A stretch of 60,723 nucleotides of DNA from Raillietiella orientalis (Eukaryota): positions 3,162,001 to 3,222,723 of the forward strand of contig JAYWIR010000022.1 in assembly GCA_036172245.1 (NCBI GenBank), given 5' to 3'. Within the stretch, counting starts at the first letter, position 1. The number at the start of each line of letters is the position of its first letter. Shown in pieces: positions 28,921 through 43,069 of this stretch. A program made the translations under genes and the position numbers. The notes under the pieces are model-generated. The model did no database searches, was not told the DNA's origin, and worked only from the letters and a program-made list of their open reading frames with translations.

Positions 28921-31149
28921 GGTTCATACAGAGTTGTTTCGTATCAACTTTTCTTGTTTCGTCGAGTTTTAAAACAACTAGGAAGCTGATTTTTCATGCA
29001 GCACACATTTCATTGTCTTACGAAAAACTCAGAAAAGCACGAGAGCATTACAATCTATCTGGAGGGGGGGGGGGATGAATTTCTGCTGTTCGATGGGTGA
29101 ATACCAAAAGCAATGCAAAGCGTTACTCCTGTCTTAGCAATACGGAAGCATGGTTTCATACCTTACTCGAAGAAACAAGGAATGATTTAATGATATATAA
29201 TCTCATTTCCTTTCATAAGGCTTAAACAACTGTGCATTCCTTGTTTTTCTGAGAACCCTATCATTATAATTGCCTAAACTTAGCTACATGTTTCAGAAAC
29301 TCAAAGCTGCGAGAGCCCTGATAAAATCAGCATTCTGCCTTTTTTTTTATAACGATTGACTCATCTAGAGCGAACGATCTTTCAGCAGATACTGAAGAAT
29401 GATTCCTTAATTAGGGAGTGTATGCTGTGAGCATGAGCATGAAGTGCACAAAATTTCACCTCTGTACCATGCAGTCGAAACAGTTCTCTGCAGACGTGTA
29501 GTAGCGCGATGCTTCGAGGTCACCGGATCACATGAAGAAAGTATGTGTATGAATAACGCCTTGGGACAGATATCTGACTTCAATGCACCCACGTTGTTCC
29601 ACTCCAACGGCGGGATGGGATTTGTAGATGGAAGAAGTTCCGTCGAGAAACCGCACTTTCCAACTATGTAGCGTGGAAAAGAGTCACTCTAAAAAAGCTT
29701 GCAACTCCTTCCACCCTTCGCACCAGAATGTTTCTTTTGTCTCCGTCATTTGTTTTGTATCGCTCTTAATTGATTTTGTATTCGGATTCAATAGGAGAAG
29801 AGAACTTAATTCGTTTCCGAGATGCTAAACTTGGATGAAATTTGGGCTTGCTTCCCGCCATCTCCACGCCTTGGCATCAGTGAAAGGAACAGCTATGAAT
29901 CCATAAACGCCACCTGGGAGCTCCTGCAGCAGATTTTGAAAACTGGCGTGGTAATGGACCTCTGGATCTCTATGGCTCTCGGGAATGTTTCAGTGATTCT
30001 GATTTCCAGAGATGTGGCAGCTGCTGTGAAAGCGAACTCGAGAAATGGAAAACTGCCGTCCGAAGAGATGCTATAGGGAGCTTTTATTCGTCAGGAACGT
30101 TTGCTTCCGCGAGTTCTTAGTTGCCTGCAGAGTGCGAGATTTCAGCACATTCTTTCGACACTTTGGTTCCGGAAGCGACTCTTGACTTTCTTTGTTGATT
30201 CCCAATCTTAAGCGTGGTTTCTGAATCACGCATCACGCCCATACTAGAAAACGCCTTCTTGGGCTGAATTTCTATCAGAGATCTTCACCTTTCCTGTGAG
30301 GTCCTTCTCCAGTCACTTTATTTGCTAGTTGCTGCAACAAGGGAGACACACGAAGTTCACTGTTCACCACACATTTGTTGCATAGCAATTGATGCTTCGA
30401 AACCATTGCAGAATCTGCGACCGTAAAGAGTGTTCCGCGTAGCACGAAGAATAGTGCCCGCAATGCTGACAAGGTGGAAATGCATCCGGTCTACGGTATG
30501 TGCTCCCGTGTTCCTGCCATCGTGTGCGCTTCCTTCGTTTTTCCCTTTGGTGAACATCCAACGAGGAAGAGTACCGAAAATCGTAACGATCCTCCTCCAA
30601 GCAGTTCGCTAACGGCACAGTGAAGTATTTGTTCTCTAGGGCAGCTGCACATCTGTCCTTTACCTCCTCAACATTCAATTATATGTACATCTAAATAAAA
30701 AAAACTGTAAGTAGCGATCGTTCTTTTTTTCACCTTTATTGAATCGCATGCGTTCTTGGTGAAGATTCTTACAACATTTCTAACAATCCTCACCATATTA
30801 TGGAATACTGCATGTTTATTAGCATTCTGCCCATTCCTGGTATTCAGAAAGCAAAACACTTCTGGATATCTCATCTTGAAAAATAACTACAAATAATATT
30901 CGCAGGGTCAGATGAAGAATATATCTGTTAATAATTAATCAAATGAATATACTTACATGATACGGTCTACGTTAGTAATTTTAACTAGAAAAGTGTTTAT
31001 TTAACTACAGATATAAATAATAAATATTATGAGATAAGGTTTAAAATTGCTTTCTGCTCCAAGATCAGCCTCCATTATTGACTCTCGATTGCCTACGCCT
31101 ATGTTTAAATGTTGTGTTCCGTCATTATTTTATGGGACCCATGGATTGA

Positions 31150-31900
31150 ATAAACTCTTCTCTTTCAAGAGAAGGATTTGTTCAGCCGTATCCTTGAACC
31201 TCTGGCGTGCAGAACCGCGCATCCCGATAGGCTCGACTCTACGGTTTCCCCGATCAGACCAGCCGTGGGGACAGTTTGTTCGAAACTTACAGCCAACATT
31301 GCACGGTGGCTGGCTTCCTCAAACGCCATGATCTTTTTTTGGTCCTCAAGTTCACTCCAAGTTTCCCTGCACTGCAATTATCCTTCCCGTTGCTCAGACT
31401 CTATTTTCTGTTCAAATGCCGCAATGGTGCGTCCTCCTTACACGTCTGCAGTCTGCTCTTCTGCTCTGCTGCAGTCCCATCATGATGCTGTCCTCGGCTG
31501 TTTTGCCTTGTCGCAACTTTGATCCACACACTGGTGAAAAAGAAGACTGTCATCTCCACGATCGAGTGGCATGTGGCATCCTTCTCCTGTTGAAAAAAAA
31601 AAAAAAGAACAGCAACAACCTTTATGCAGTATCTCGTTACCAGACTACAGATACGGCCAAAGAGTTGACCTAGAACTCATTTGCAGTTTGCTGGAATGCC
31701 CTGAAGCTTCACCGTTTCCTGCGTTTGCAACATGGTGAAACCACATCCTTGCACGAGAGAGCACAACCCGAACCCTAATCGGGGATCGCTCCGTCATCCG
31801 TATTGCCACTGACCCATGACTGTTGTAGGCGTTTCTGCAACCCGGTCAACTTCACTTACCACAAGAATCAAGCTTCTTCTCATTCATGAAGGTATATGTT
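31150..31900 (-). mobile_element. Degenerate LINE remnant (RTE-like 3' region)
   Basis: Minus-strand GSARQRFKD resembles the C-terminal motif of RTE-clade ORFs; otherwise decayed. Confidence 0.3.
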
Positions 31901-32137
31901 CGGAAGCTGTAACCTAGACAACTCCTGTTGTGAGCCAATTTTCAAACTTTCCATCTCTTTTCCCTTACACAGAATTCTCAGATCCGTGCCCAAGGAAGAC
32001 GATTTTCTGGAGATTCGCCCAAAGGCATTCCACGTAGCAAGGAGGAGCATAGTTACCTGCTGCCTTTGGATAACAGCGCGATCGATGCGAAGACGCTAGT
32101 GGATCTTCAGGAGGAAGTGCTCAGCCGACGGGAGAAC

Positions 32138-32443
32138 ATGGAGACCTTCACTTCTGATTCATTCCACAGTTTCGTGAAAGAAAAATGCCTATTCTCTAAG
32201 GCACATTATCTCCCAGGCTTGAGCGATTCGCTTCTTGTATCCCTGGAACAACACGGATTCGAGTATCTTTGGCAGCTGTACGCCTTGTTTGAGAACTCCG
32301 AATACGACCTAAATAGATTTGTGTCTATGCTGTGTGACAAGATCAGAGACAGTGCTCTGGAGAACAAAAGCCATGTTGAAATGATGTTCCTGTCTTTTCT
32401 TTGCTGGGAATTATGGAATCGCTGTAAATCCGAGGAAGCGTGA
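32138..32443 (+). CDS. Divergent barrier-to-autointegration factor (BAF/BANF)-like protein
   Basis: TSDSFHSFVKE...LPGLSDSLLVSLEQHGFEYLWQLYALF...DLNRFVSMLCD aligns without gaps to the BAF pattern TS..H..FV.E...L.GIG..L...LE..GF......F.....D...F...L.D; AATAAA at 32491-32496. Start codon uncertain (frame is open from 32066). Confidence 0.65.
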   Translation: METFTSDSFHSFVKEKCLFSKAHYLPGLSDSLLVSLEQHGFEYLWQLYALFENSEYDLNRFVSMLCDKIRDSALENKSHVEMMFLSFLCWELWNRCKSEEA

Positions 32444-33059
32444 AGTGTGCACACACAGGAGCATGCATGCTGCCCGCTTTGAGTGCGCGAAATAAAGCTC
32501 CGTGTCGTATTCCTAGTGCGTTTAGCTGCATCTGTCCTCCAGCCGTGTCTGTACAATAAACAAACGAGAGGCAGAGGAGGGAGTGCGAAGTAGAGGTGCT
32601 GAAGCAGTGGTCCATCCTCGGCTTTCACGAATTTGGGACCTCCCTGTCAAGTACATTCAGGATCTCCACTGGTGGGAATGCCATTCAGGCGCTCCGGCGT
32701 CACCTTTGCGGAGGTCGAATCACATCCTCTCCCCCACCTCCATGCCATCATACTAAGCTTCTTCCGCCATCTTCGTGCGTAAGAATAGTGCACGTACGAG
32801 CTCCCAATCCAGGACAACGCGTGCCAAGTTTCGGAGCACGCGCCGCCTCCGACGGGGGACCTCTGCCACCGACAAACAAGCGCATCCGACCGGTGGCCAT
32901 GCGCAGATGGAGATGCGAAATCAGCGTGTGCATGCTCAGTCTGGCTTTTCTAGAGTTGACGGCTTTCCTGCAGTCGTCCAGGCCATTTTCTCCGGCTTGT
33001 GCTTCTCTCGAGGACGCTCGCATCGACGAATTGTAGCCCACTCGTGGATCCCGCGAGCG

Positions 33060-33155
33060 GCATCAACCCATCTATACATAGAAGTCGCAGGATCACGCTT
33101 CATATCACTCACCTTTATGTTTCTTTTTTGAATAAAGCCCCGGCGTGACCGAGTG
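33060..33155 (+). mobile_element. L1/Tx1-family 3' terminus (hairpin motif)
   Basis: T-rich tract followed by AATAAAGCCCCGGCGTGACCGAGTG at 33131-33155. Confidence 0.6.
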
Positions 33156-33385
33156 TCAACCCACTTGAGAAACCCGCGTCGCAGGCACTTTTCATGCAGC
33201 CTGAGGGCACCAGTCTCCCGTGGACGCTGATCTTCAGCCTTCGACATCATCCGATTCGTTGTGCCACGAATCGGGGCAAGGATGGGAGCCGATTCCACCT
33301 GCCACTATGCAGCCTTTATCTCCCGAATAACATCTTGACGATCATTGTTAAGAACTTGGTTCCCTGATCCTTTCCCTTCCTCCAC

Positions 33386-33455
33386 AGTCTTGCGCACGGG
33401 CAGTATCGTAGGCGAGGAAGGTGACTGAGCCGCGATTATTGCTAGTTGAAAACTT
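33386..33455 (+). pseudogene. U4 snRNA 5' fragment (retrocopy) with 11-bp flanking direct repeat
   Basis: AGTCTTGCGCACGGGCAGTATCGTAG...GCGATTATTGCTAGTTGAAAACT matches the U4 5' domain; no Sm site follows; CTTCCTCCACA at 33376-33386 and 33453-33463. Confidence 0.85.
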
Positions 33456-33789
33456 CCTCCACACGCAACGTCGTCTACCGCAGCGAAGTTTCCAGCTTCG
33501 CGAAGAATCGACCCTGCTTCTTGCTGGATGAACGGCGCCCCATCGATCAGTGAGGCGAGTTCATCTTTCTCTCTCCTCCCCCTTCACCTCTCTGCTGACT
33601 GCGCGGTTCGCGCCAGAGATGCATCCTCCGGCTATTGGGATTCGAACTCTCAGCAGCACCCATAAAGATTCCCATGGCCCTCTCTCTAATCATCTTTTTC
33701 TCCTAGCCCTCAGATCTCAGAGTGTCGCAGAATCCGTCTGTTTTTTCTGGACCAGCACTCGCAGCAGCTTGCGTTCAGCATTTCGTGGA

Positions 33790-34350
33790 TGGATTCCAAG
33801 GTTCAATGGAGTTCCACCCTGGAATCTTCTCAAGGGGGGAGATCCGCTTCATTTTTCTTCTCCGGAGGGGACCCGCTAGGGAATCGTTTCCTGTTCATTC
33901 CTGAAAAGAACCTCGAAGGGACTCTTCCGAAATCCAGAAGGGACACTGTTTCTCCAGAGGAATCGATTGCTCTCGCTTCCTTGCACTCTCTGGAGAGGTG
34001 GCGACGCACTTGCTCCATCAGCACTACTCGTAGGGTCCCCCCACAGAATGGGGAGTTCGCTCCCTTAACAACATCTGGAGGGGTGCCTTACGATAGGGAG
34101 TCCACACTCTGTTGCACAACCGGAGAGGGAACTTCACACTCCTTGATTCCTGGAAAAACTCGAAGGTTGACTAACCTTGTTTCGGCCTTCATCGGGGACC
34201 TTCAGTTTTAAACGCTAGCGGTGCTGCGCCCGAATGTTGGTAGGCCAAACATCTTGCAGGAGGAACTCAAAACCCAACCCTTCTGCGTCAGTTTCAGTCG
34301 GAGTATTGGAACCTGCGACCTATGGTGCCACGCGCGGAAGCCATAACCAC
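33790..34350 (-). mobile_element. tRNA-derived SINE-like repeat (copy 2, more decayed)
   Basis: ATTGGAACCTGCGACCTATGGTGCCACGCGCGGA resembles ATTCGAACCCGCGACTCCTGGTGCCACACGCGGA at ~15823; TCATTTTTCTTCTCCGGAGGGGACC resembles ~15402-15425. Confidence 0.5.
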
Positions 34351-34379
34351 AAAGCCTCCAAGCTCGCGCCCCTGGTGCA

Positions 34380-36555
34380 GAAGATGGAACGGCTGATTCG
34401 AGAAACGGAAGAGGTACTTGCCTCGTTTCGGTCAGCTAAAGTAAGGCTCCTCCCGAAAAGAGGAGGAGATCTACGTAACATCGGCAGCTGGCGACCGATT
34501 ATGGTAGTAAGTGCAGATGCTAAGTTTCTGGAGAAGCTGTGGTCCGAGAGAATCAGACGGGTGGCTGAAACGTTCATAAGTCCGGAGCAGATGTACACTG
34601 TTTCCGGCAGATCGATGGAATGTAACCTATTCCTCGAGAGGACCTGGCTTGCACTGATACAGCGGGGTGACTCAGCAGGACGAGGGAATCCTCGATTCCC
34701 CGCGAGCCAGGGACAGAGAGGTCCTCTGTCGGAGGAATGTCAGGAACTCTTCCGGTCGCGGTCGATCTGAGCCAAGAGTTCGACTGATTCGACCAGGAGC
34801 TCCTCTTAGAGATTCCAGAACGCTTGGGCTGGCCACCCGTATGACTTACTTGCGCTCCTACTGGCATGCTGCGCTGATAAACATCTCTGAAAGAGATGGT
34901 GCAGAGCAGAATTAGGCAGGGAGACAGCCTGAACCACCAGTGCTAAAGAGCACTTTCTTCGAGTTGGTGCTGAGGGAGTACAGGGTTACTTTGGCTACCC
35001 TTCCGAGCTCGTGCTCGGTACGTCTGTCGTGCTAGCCTATGCAGATGATGACCTCTTGCTGCTGCTCCTTAGGTCTGCCCCTGCGGACGGACTCAAGGAA
35101 TTCTATGAGCTATTAAGCAGAACAGGCATCGAGGTGAACAGAGAGAAGACAAGAGTGTGCCCGGTCGGCACGACGTGGTCTGGGCAGTTGGACTGGATCC
35201 GTTTAAGAATCCCCACAGTCCGGTACTTCAAGTACCTCGGCGTGCCTCTAGGGGACATTTCCTCTATGGAAGTGTGGTCGGGCTGCCTCCAGAAAGCAGA
35301 GTCGATACTCGGCCCGTTCCAAGGAGACAACTTCCGGTTTCCGGAGCGGGCCGTCATTTGGAACACTTTTGTGGCCCCTGTCCCCCGACTTCTGGGTTCT
35401 GTTTCACTTCCTCCCCCCGGTGTGGTGAAAAGGACGAAGGGTCTCCTTCGAAAATCCCTCTGGGCCAATAAGAGGTCCGGGGTCCGAGTAAAAGACTAGT
35501 GAGCTCTTCGTCGAGACGGAGGACTTGGACTCCTGACGTTGGAGCGCATGGAAGTTGAACTGAACTTTGCACAGAACTGGGCTACCCATTGGTGTGCCTC
35601 TGCACGTTCGCTCTCTTGGCTGGCGATCGGTGGCGAAGGACTCGCAACACTGTTTGCATGCCACCACCGCTGCCACCCATCTTGCGGCTTCCCATTCCGG
35701 TGTGTCGCTGCTCTGGCGAGAGCGAACACGTGGATTTCATGCCGCCTTGCGAACAAATCGGCCTGACGGCAGGAGAAAGTGAGGACGTGGGCCCAGCTCA
35801 CCCGGACCTTGCTGCCAGAAATTACCTTCTGCCGAGAGTTTCAGAAGAACGGAAGAACATTGGAGTAGTGGCTAATAAGCTGACTGTGCTAGCCTACCCA
35901 GCAGCCACCCCCTTCGCTGTCGCGATGTTCTTCGCTATCGAGTTACATGGCACCTGCCTACCAGCGAAGTGGGAGGTTTCCTGCGAGATCTCGGCCCCTC
36001 AGAAAGCCTGTCGCTGGCTGTACTACGCATCAACTGGCTGTCGCAACAGCAGCAACAACCGGTCCAAAGGACTGGAACGTTGGGACGAACTCTTCTCCAT
36101 TCAGCCCGAAGAGTTCGAAGTGCCCCCTGTGATTCCGGACAGTGAGCTGCTTCCCCTCAATTGGCAGCAATCGATGGCAGCTGGTACTGCACTGAGGTCT
36201 CCAGTGCAATACGCGCCGGCACCACTGGACGAGGGTAAGCTCATCGTCGAAGTGTGCCAGGTGTGGAGAGAAGGAAACCTTCCTCCACCTCATAGTGCAG
36301 TGTGTCGGTCTCCGGGAACTGTGGGAACGTTTCTCTGTGTCCCTTCCGCACTCCGTATACGATCCCAGAGACTCTTTGAGACCCCTCTTCGTGCGGGACG
36401 CCATGACGTCCGCAGCCGCAATCGCAGCGCTGTGCTGCGTCCGCGGTGTTGCGGCGAAGTGCGACGCCGAGAGAGGCCTGAGCGAAGGGGGGGCTGTCCT
36501 GCACGCCATCCACTTTCTGCAGATAGCTTCGAGATGGCCCCACCTGGAAGAATGA
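34380..36555 (+). mobile_element. L1/Tx1-like ORF2 remnant (RT plus zf-RVT), frameshifted
   Basis: LLPKRGGDLRNIGSWRPI, SPEQMYTVSGRS, LAYADD, FKYLGVP; ends RWPHLEE*; no terminal hairpin seen. Confidence 0.85.
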
Positions 36556-39500
36556 ACAATATAAAATTTATATTTTAGGCCATGAGCTTCCAGCCATATA
36601 GCGATACGTTCCTTTTTCATATTTATACCCACGTGGAACACAATACTCCGCCTACGGGCTTTATATCTTTCTCTCCACGGCATTTTGTGAAATTTAACCA
36701 TTCTTTCAGAATTTCGTGCTTTCGATTCATGAAAGATGTTCTCATTTTCGTTTTCCAACGTTCCATCTGTTCATCATATTTTCTGCGTCGCAGCAAATAA
36801 CAGTATTTTGCTTCCAGTGGATCAATAAAGGCCTCATACAATTACATTCTAAATCTGGTAACTCAGGACACTTTGCAAAATTCACCAGATCAGCGTAGGA
36901 CAAGCAAAAGTCTACTGTGTAAACAGTGTGCAGAATAGCCACCAAAGACGGCAGATTTCTGTCCAGAGAAGTAGCTGGAGCATAAAAGCAATGCTCTTCT
37001 TTTGAACTTCTGCTGATCACGGCACAGTCTTACGAAATTGTTTTTGACAACTAGCATGGAACTGAAGGAGTTGCATATCACACCCATCATGTCTGCGTGA
37101 AAAAATGCATCTGATGTTTGATCGGAAGCAAAAATAGAGAAAGAACTATTAGGAACAGAGATACCAATTGTCATGTCGGCAATTAAACTTACATCGCCAT
37201 GAATGTATAAGAGCACAAAAAACCACTGAAAATCAAAATCAGCAGACAAATTAAAACAAAATTCTCCTTTCCCATTCTAGACGGAATCCTAAATTCACAA
37301 GGTACCTGGGTATAAGTGTACTGCTTCAACTAAGCAAGAATTTTAGGAAAAATTTCTGAAATATAAACGAGAAGCATCATGGAATTAAATGAAATGCATG
37401 TGCTGCGAATGTTGTATATTTGCAATCACATGGAAGTGCAGAATGTTATTAAAGAATGGGAATTGCCGACTGAAATCTGAAAGTGATTAGTGAAAGAGCT
37501 GCATTTCATTAGTTTTCAAATTCCAAACGAATGTAGGAATCGTGTTCGTTGTCTCCACTGTTTCAGAATTTTGAAGAAAGCTTGGAGATGCCGACACGTT
37601 TCCATAGTTTCAATTCAAACTCAGTGTGTACATGTGCAGAAAAAGTACGATAAGAAAGGCAAAAATGAAATGAGAAAGCTTTAGCATGAAGTGGTAACGG
37701 AAGTGCATGTAATCCACCCGTCCAAAATGTGGTAACTCGCCATTGTGTTAGCGACCGACTTGTATGAGCGTGGTAAGTGCAATTTTGTTGCTGAGCTTGT
37801 GTTGTTTATGTTAACCGAACCATTTGAAAGAGTTTTGTGCTTTCACTGATTGACTGTAAAAGTACTGTGAAACTTCAGCTAATTGTAAAATAATGCATGG
37901 TTTACGTGTAAAGGAACTGCTCTTGATTTATGTAGAAATGTTCTGGGTATACCATATTTGCAAACACTGGGAGTAAGACGGTGCAAAATTGGGTGCGTGT
38001 CTGTTGTGGATGTTGCCAGCGTTTTCCAGAGAGAGGTTGTAGTCATGCAAATGTGTAAGTCCCATTATTCGCTGAAAGACCGGCATGATTGTACTGGGTT
38101 CTTTTTGAGCGCCATGATATTTAATAATTATTGGGAAGCTCTTGTTTTCTTCATTTCCTATTACTGGTTTTGTACGACAGCACACGGGAAATGTGATTCC
38201 ATTCCACAGACAATGGAGTTCATCTTGAGGTATTTTCTGAAAGGTGTAACAGTTCATTCTGTTATCTTCAGATGGCATTTTTCATCCCAGTGCAGTGGAG
38301 TAGTATCACTATAAGTGAAGTATGCATTGTGGTAAATATTAACCAGAAAATTTCGAAAGATAGCAAAGCCAAAAAAGTGTGGCTTCCATTAGAAAAGAAT
38401 ATTTAAGATAGCATTGTTATAGGGGTGGGTTTTCATAGTTCAAAGATAAGAGATGGAATACAGGAAGGTTGTTTGATTTACATATATACGTGGTGGGGAG
38501 AGGTAGAAAACTGTAGAATTTCCTGTGCTGACTTGAGAGAAGATGCTGGTTATGAATAAATCTTGATATGGTATAGTGTCCATGTGAGAGTAGAACAAAA
38601 TCGATGTGATGAATCCTGCAAGTACCAATTATTGCAATGGATTGGCTCTTGTCAAGCAAGGTTCTCTATGTCATTGGTCATGTGTGATTGTCTGTGCTAT
38701 ATGATCAGCATTGATGACTCTTCTGCTGACCACCATGTTGAGATGCAGTGTGAGCTACTTGCATGGTTTGGTTATTTGTTCATTTGAAAAAGAAATTCGA
38801 TGATAATTTCATTTTCTATTAGATTTCCTCGTAAGAATGTGGAATGCAATCTGAAGTGATGGAGGTAAACTAAATTGAGTTTGCTCATCTTGTAAGTTCC
38901 GTCTCCCATTTGCAAGAAAAAGCAGTGAATTTTGTTGCATCTAGTTAGGTGAATTTAGCAAACCAATTTACTCCCTGCATGCCTCTATGCTTGCTGGTGG
39001 TACTCTTGCATGGGTTGGTGTATACAGGCCTACATAAATGTATGTGCTTAATATATGTGCTGAAATTACCCATAAGGTTTGACAGTGTCGGACATTGTTA
39101 GGCATTTTTGATAAGCAGACAATGCAAATATAGCAGTGTAGTCAACAGTGAAAATACTTTTTCCGTTCCGAATCAATTTCATGTAAATATTATGCCATCT
39201 CACATGAAACTCAAGAGTGCATTCAGTAGTAAGACTGTTGGAATTTCAGTGTTGTTGATTATGTTTGCAATGCCATGTTGGCCCCTAGAAATGTGCGTAA
39301 AAATTGGATGTTCATTTGATTATTTAGGGAGTGTGTTATGCAGTGGGTAATTAGGAATAAGGATCTTTGTTGAGTTGATATCGTTTTCATGTTTGCTTAA
39401 AGTTGCTTTTGTGAGAAAGAATTTCCAGGTGAAACATGGTTTCAAATTCAGGATGCAAGTTGTGCGGTACCGATGCAAGCGTATTTAGTGGAAATTATTT

Positions 39501-42500
39501 CCTTGGACAATTGATGGAGTTGGATTTTCTTTGTGGTATGTTTTTTTTTGGCAAGAGTTGTTTTAGGCGCTCGTTTTCCTGTTTGTTGAGCTGAAAGTAT
39601 TTGTTTTTGCATCTTATACCTCCTGGAACTTAATCGCAAACGATATTCTCCGTATGTTTCTCCAGATTCACAGTTTCAGTCCACTGACTTTCAAGTTCTC
39701 CATCTGTGCCATGCTTCTTAGTGCGGACCGAGTTACGTAACTTGAATTGCGTGTATAGAGAAAGGCTGTTGACTATACCCTGGATACCGCTGGCCAGAAT
39801 AGCGTTATGAGTCCCTGCATGTGAATTTCGAGAATAGCGACCATGTGTTCTGAGGTACCAATGCTTTGTGAGTGCATGTGAGAAAATGCATTGCTTGGGT
39901 TCTTAATTCGAAAATGCGTCTTTATTTCCCTTAGCCCATGTTGTATCTTGTGCTCTTGGTCTTTTTTGTCCCCTTGGCATATTTCGATCTACGGAACATG
40001 CTGTCGAATTATTTTGCCTAGAAAGTGAAATGCTTCAAAAATGCTTGTGGAATGTGAAGAACTCCTTGAAGTTAGAGAGCTTATCCGGCTGTTCGAAGAG
40101 TAATGAAAGAACATGTGATTATTTCCAGGGATGATGCTCCATCTGATTATTTTTATTTGACGTACTCAGTCATTAAAGAAGTTTTATTTCAGTGCAAATC
40201 ATGGTAATTAAGGATACGTATCGGCAACATTGTTTCTATCAGTCATAGTGAACAAGTGTTGAATTGGAATTCCTTCTGTGTTCATAACTGTGTATAACTA
40301 CCCTTGCGTTTATAGGAGCACTGTTTAGATTGCGGGACTTCCTTCCTTGAATGTGAGTTTAAAAAGGAGAAATATGAGACTGCACTTTAGGAAGATGCTG
40401 TAGTTGTGAATTTCGGGAACACAAAGTATCGTTGCTTTTTGCTTCGAAATGCTTTTGGCACTGGGGGGTGATTCGCTGTTGCAAGTGTAATCCAGAATTG
40501 TGAATAAAGCTGAGGTAACCCTTTTTACACTTCACCTTCTACTGAAAAAAGTCAGTGAGAAAGGAACAGGTTTAATATTTTCTGAACACCGTGACGTACG
40601 TATTTCTTACGAGATATGATGGTGGTCTAAACTCAGTGGAATGCTTCCAAGCTTCTAGACTATTTGGAGATTCCGAAACTCAGTTTCCAATAGGAGGACT
40701 GATAGTCAAGATTTCATGGAGCTCAGTTATCCAGGAAGCTGCGAAACGAACCATTTTCTTTTTTTGTTTATCTTTGTCGATAATACGCATGAACCCTAAT
40801 AGCTCGCATTGTAAACCATCTTGAAAAAGTGCAGGCGTGGCCCTTCGTTGATTTGGTCACACGTTCTACAAATGCTAAAAATAAGTAGTTCGTAGTTGCG
40901 ATCCATTTCTGAGTTGGACCATGGTCAGATGAATAGTACTGACCGTGGCAGCTGAAAAAAAGATTCCGAACTTGATGCTAACTGCATAGTGGGAAGCAAG
41001 CAGGCACGGACTGTCATTTGCAGAATGTTTCATTTTTGTTCTTTATGCAAGCTGCAAAATTCTTGGGACCATCTGCAGCCACTTCTTTGCAGAATAAAAC
41101 AGAAACCTCGTCTTCTGGATTGTTGTTTGAGGGTGAATTTCTGTACAAAGTGCAAAATGGAAGCTATCTTATATGTCGTATGGCGATCGTAGATTATACA
41201 GAAATCTGTGAAATTGAGAAATTGACAGATGAGTTCATTGCATGCAATTCTTGTGAGTAATGTAAATGTTCGAAACAAGCTTAAACATGAATAGAGACGT
41301 ACGTTTGCACGTTCGTGTATACAGTGAACACTTATCTGGTTGCCTGCTTTCTCACGTGATCTATTTTCTTGCAGAGAGCATAGCTTAGAAGGAATGGTGT
41401 TTGTATTGCTTGCTGCTTTTTGTATTGCTGTTTCTTTCTTGCTTCTTTGAATAGTACTCTTGGACTTATTCCTATATGCACTTTTAGGGCATAAGGTATT
41501 TTTGTCCATTGGATATCGCTGATGTTTCCTATTAAGAATGACCTAAGTTTTGAATTTCCTAGTATTAAGTAAAAATTGTTGGTATGCAGTGCTGAGCATC
41601 TTGCGAAGGAATGCATCTTGAATGGTTGCGGTTATTCGTTTCTTTGTTTTCATTGTTAACCTTAGTAAAGCAGGTGAGCAATACTGCAATAAACTACGTA
41701 GATCATGGTGAAATACAAACACAAGAAGTAAATTAAGCATGTTCATGCGATGCGAAGCATTTAGTCATGCAGGAAAAATTTGCTTTTTCCTGTACTACCT
41801 TTGCGTCAGGGAGCATGCAGTGTATACTTCCTTGAAACTGTTCCGATACATGTAACGTAAACCAACAAAAACTAAAGTTTGAAGTAGTTTCTGCTTTTGC
41901 AATCGTGGGCATGCCAATAGTGCGTGCAGTTTCGCCTCTGGGTGGGATAGATGCACGAAAGGGATGAACAATAAATGCACATACATGACAAGGTGTGGGT
42001 ATTTCATTCAGTTCATGCATACTATTTGTTCTACATTGTGTGAGATTTGACATGGGGGAGCTTTGCAGATAGGCAGCTTGCTTGAGACTCCAGAGGTATT
42101 TTGCAAAAGTTCTTTTGGTGCTACTGACTGCAGTCAAGTATCCAGTAGATTTGCCCAGGGTATGGGGATGGTTGATTATTTCCGGCAAGATCTGTCACCG
42201 TGACTCGATTTCAATAATTCTTAGACGTCTGTTTGCAGCATACTCAATCTAAATATTTTCTCAATAAATGCATGCATTCTCTCCCCCCTCTCCCTGCCCC
42301 CCCAAAACTAAAATACTTCTAATGGAATCTGTATCAGTCAGGCTCCGATATTCCTAAATCTGGCTCTAAATGCAGATGGGACTTTCAAATGGTCCAACTC
42401 ATTGCAGTTTTTAGAAAGGAGGCTGCTCCCTTCCTGAGAACTGCAGAAAGTTGACCTCCCTTCGCTGCATTCGAAACTGCAACACAAAGTACATTCACGA

Positions 42501-43069
42501 TGTAGCGGATGCAATGAACAACAGTAGTGCAACAGTGCAATGAACTCCACACGAAAGTCCGTCGTGTAGGGAAAAACGCCGTTGAAGATACAGAGGTGTT
42601 TGGATGCAAAATGCTGAAGCGAGCCTGAATATCATCATACGGCTTTGCTGTTTTTGTATTGGGGCTTCCCTCGAGGAGTTGCGCAGGCTTAAAGTAAAAA
42701 CGGAGGGTCCAAGAGGCCTCATGCTTTGGTAGCCGCGAGGACCAAGCCACTCCATCGAAGCCGACTGTTCTCGTAGCGAGAAGGCGGCTGCCGCTCACTA
42801 AGGCGTGCTCCATAATTTCGCCGCAAGGGTGAATCTTAAAAATTGGAGCTGGCTCTCCGTCCTCTCCAGCTTAGGGACTAGTCTACATACGCGGAATACT
42901 CAAGTTCTAGAGTCGAAATCTGGGCCTCCCTAACCTCACAGGGCTTTTCCGATGATGTCGTCGGTCCTTTTCTCGATGGTTGGAGGGGCAGGACAATGAA
43001 AGAGCAGGGAATGAAGGAGAGGAGAAGCAAACGCGTTGCAGATCGGGACTCTTTCCGGCAAGTGAATTT

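Noticed and set aside
36560..42200. Minus-strand ORF fragments (36890-37249, 41030-41509, 41733-42188) as a host gene
   Set aside because: No recognisable domain or consistent exon chain; an unknown gene or pseudogene cannot be excluded.
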